Shown here: piece after piece, positions 48,612 through 49,691 of the stretch | Layout of the letters: the number at the start of each line of letters is the position of its first letter | Position numbering within the stretch: position 1 is the stretch's first letter | Assembly: GCA_013239625.1 (NCBI GenBank) | Contig: MU053283.1 | Location: 5,530-55,220 of the forward strand | DNA: 49,691 nucleotides | Origin: Lama guanicoe | Taxonomy: Eukaryota | Direction of reading: 5' to 3' | Translations under genes and position numbers: made by a program | The notes under the pieces: model-generated | Seen by the model: the letters and a program-made list of their open reading frames with translations, nothing else | Database searches by the model: none | Told to the model about the DNA's origin: nothing

Positions 48612-49691
48612 CTTTTTTTTTTTTGGTCAATTAAGCTTTTCTAAAATTATACTGTTACAATTTGTTAATTTCTAGTGATCAGCATAATGTTTCAGTCATA
48701 CATATACACAAATATATTCATTTTCACATTTTTTCATTATAGATTACTACAAGATATTGAGTATATTTCCCTATGCTATGCAGAAGAAATTTGTTTTTAA
48801 TCTATTTTTATATATAGTAGTTAATGTTTGCATATCTCAAACTCTCAATTTATCCCTCCCCATCCCCTTTCCCCCAGTAATCATAAGATTGTTTACTGTC
48901 TGCGAGTCACTTTGTCTTGTAGATGAGTTCATCAGTGTCTTGTTTCTTTTTTCAGATTCCACATAGAAGTGATATTATATGGTATTTTTCTTTCTCATTC
49001 TGACTTCCTTTACTTAGACTGATGATCTCCAAGTCCATCCATGTTGCTGCAAATGACATTATTTTATTCTTTTATATGGCTGAATAGTATTTCATTATAT
49101 AAATATACCACAGCTTCTTTATCCAGTTATCTTTTGATGGACATTTTAAGTTGGTTATAGTAAATAGTGCTGCTATGAACACTGGGGTGCATGTGTCTTT
49201 TTGAGTTCCCTCCAGATGTATGCCCAGGAGTGGGATTACTGGATCATATGTTAGGTCTGTTTTTAGTTTTTTAAGGAATCTCCATACTGCTTTTCATAAT
49301 GGCTGCAACAAACTACATTCCCACCAGCACTGTAGGAGGGGTCCCTTCTTCCACACCCTCTCCAGCATTTATCATTTGTGGACTTTTGAATGATGACCAT
49401 TCTGAATGGTGTGAGGTGATACTTCATTGTAGTTTTTATTTGTATTTCTCTGATAATTAGTGATACTGAGCATTTCCTCATGTGCCTATTGGCCATTTGT
49501 CTTCATGGGAGAATTACTTGTTTAGGTCTTCTGCCCATTTTTGGATTGGACTGGTTTTTTTAAGGTTGTCATTTTGTTTATTGTTTTCTTTGCTGTGCAA
49601 AGATTGTAAGTTCAATTAGGTCTCACTTGTTTATTTTTGCTTTTATTTCTATTGCCTGAGTTTACCGCCCTGGGAGAACACTACACTGCTA
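48612..49691 (-). mobile_element. LINE-1 3' portion (ORF2 C-terminus plus 3' UTR), continuing beyond the window; degenerate
   Basis: ORF 49263-49496 (-) [38 protein letters not shown]...KCWRGCG is L1 ORF2p. Poly-T at the left end is the A-tail. Confidence 0.95.

Noticed and set aside
49263..49496. Functional L1 ORF2
   Set aside because: Short fragment bounded by stops and frame disruptions; a degenerate copy.

Overview
Mammalian genomic DNA, not prokaryotic. It is probably camelid, because the young L1 3' ends look like camelid-type L1 and I saw no Alu, BovB/Bov-A2, SINEC or PRE-1 SINEs. The window holds the last five coding exons and most of the 3' UTR of SPOCK3 (testican-3) on the + strand. 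The exons are 22226-22345, 29459-29680, 34417-34479, 37247-37366 and 39337-39500 (stop), all with AG/GT boundaries and one continuous frame. Bases 1-22225 are intron, an 84-N gap lies at 40708-40791, and the remainder looks intergenic. Repeats include L1, L2, MIR, MaLR and ERV1-like LTR relics, microsatellites, and tandem duplications of 251 bp and 54 bp. The notable points are at gene level. This SPOCK3 is strongly GC-shifted and divergent. Its thyroglobulin type-1 domain has CWCV changed to CLCV plus an in-frame 6-aa deletion. EF-hand 2 has gained a cysteine. A strong in-frame alternative splice donor could insert a 33-aa hydrophobic, Cys-containing peptide. A diverged second copy of a 3' UTR block carrying a miR-124 seed site lies just past the gap. 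I found no support for a wholly new multi-gene system. All comparisons with human SPOCK3/SPOCK1 and repeat consensus sequences are from memory and need alignment to confirm.
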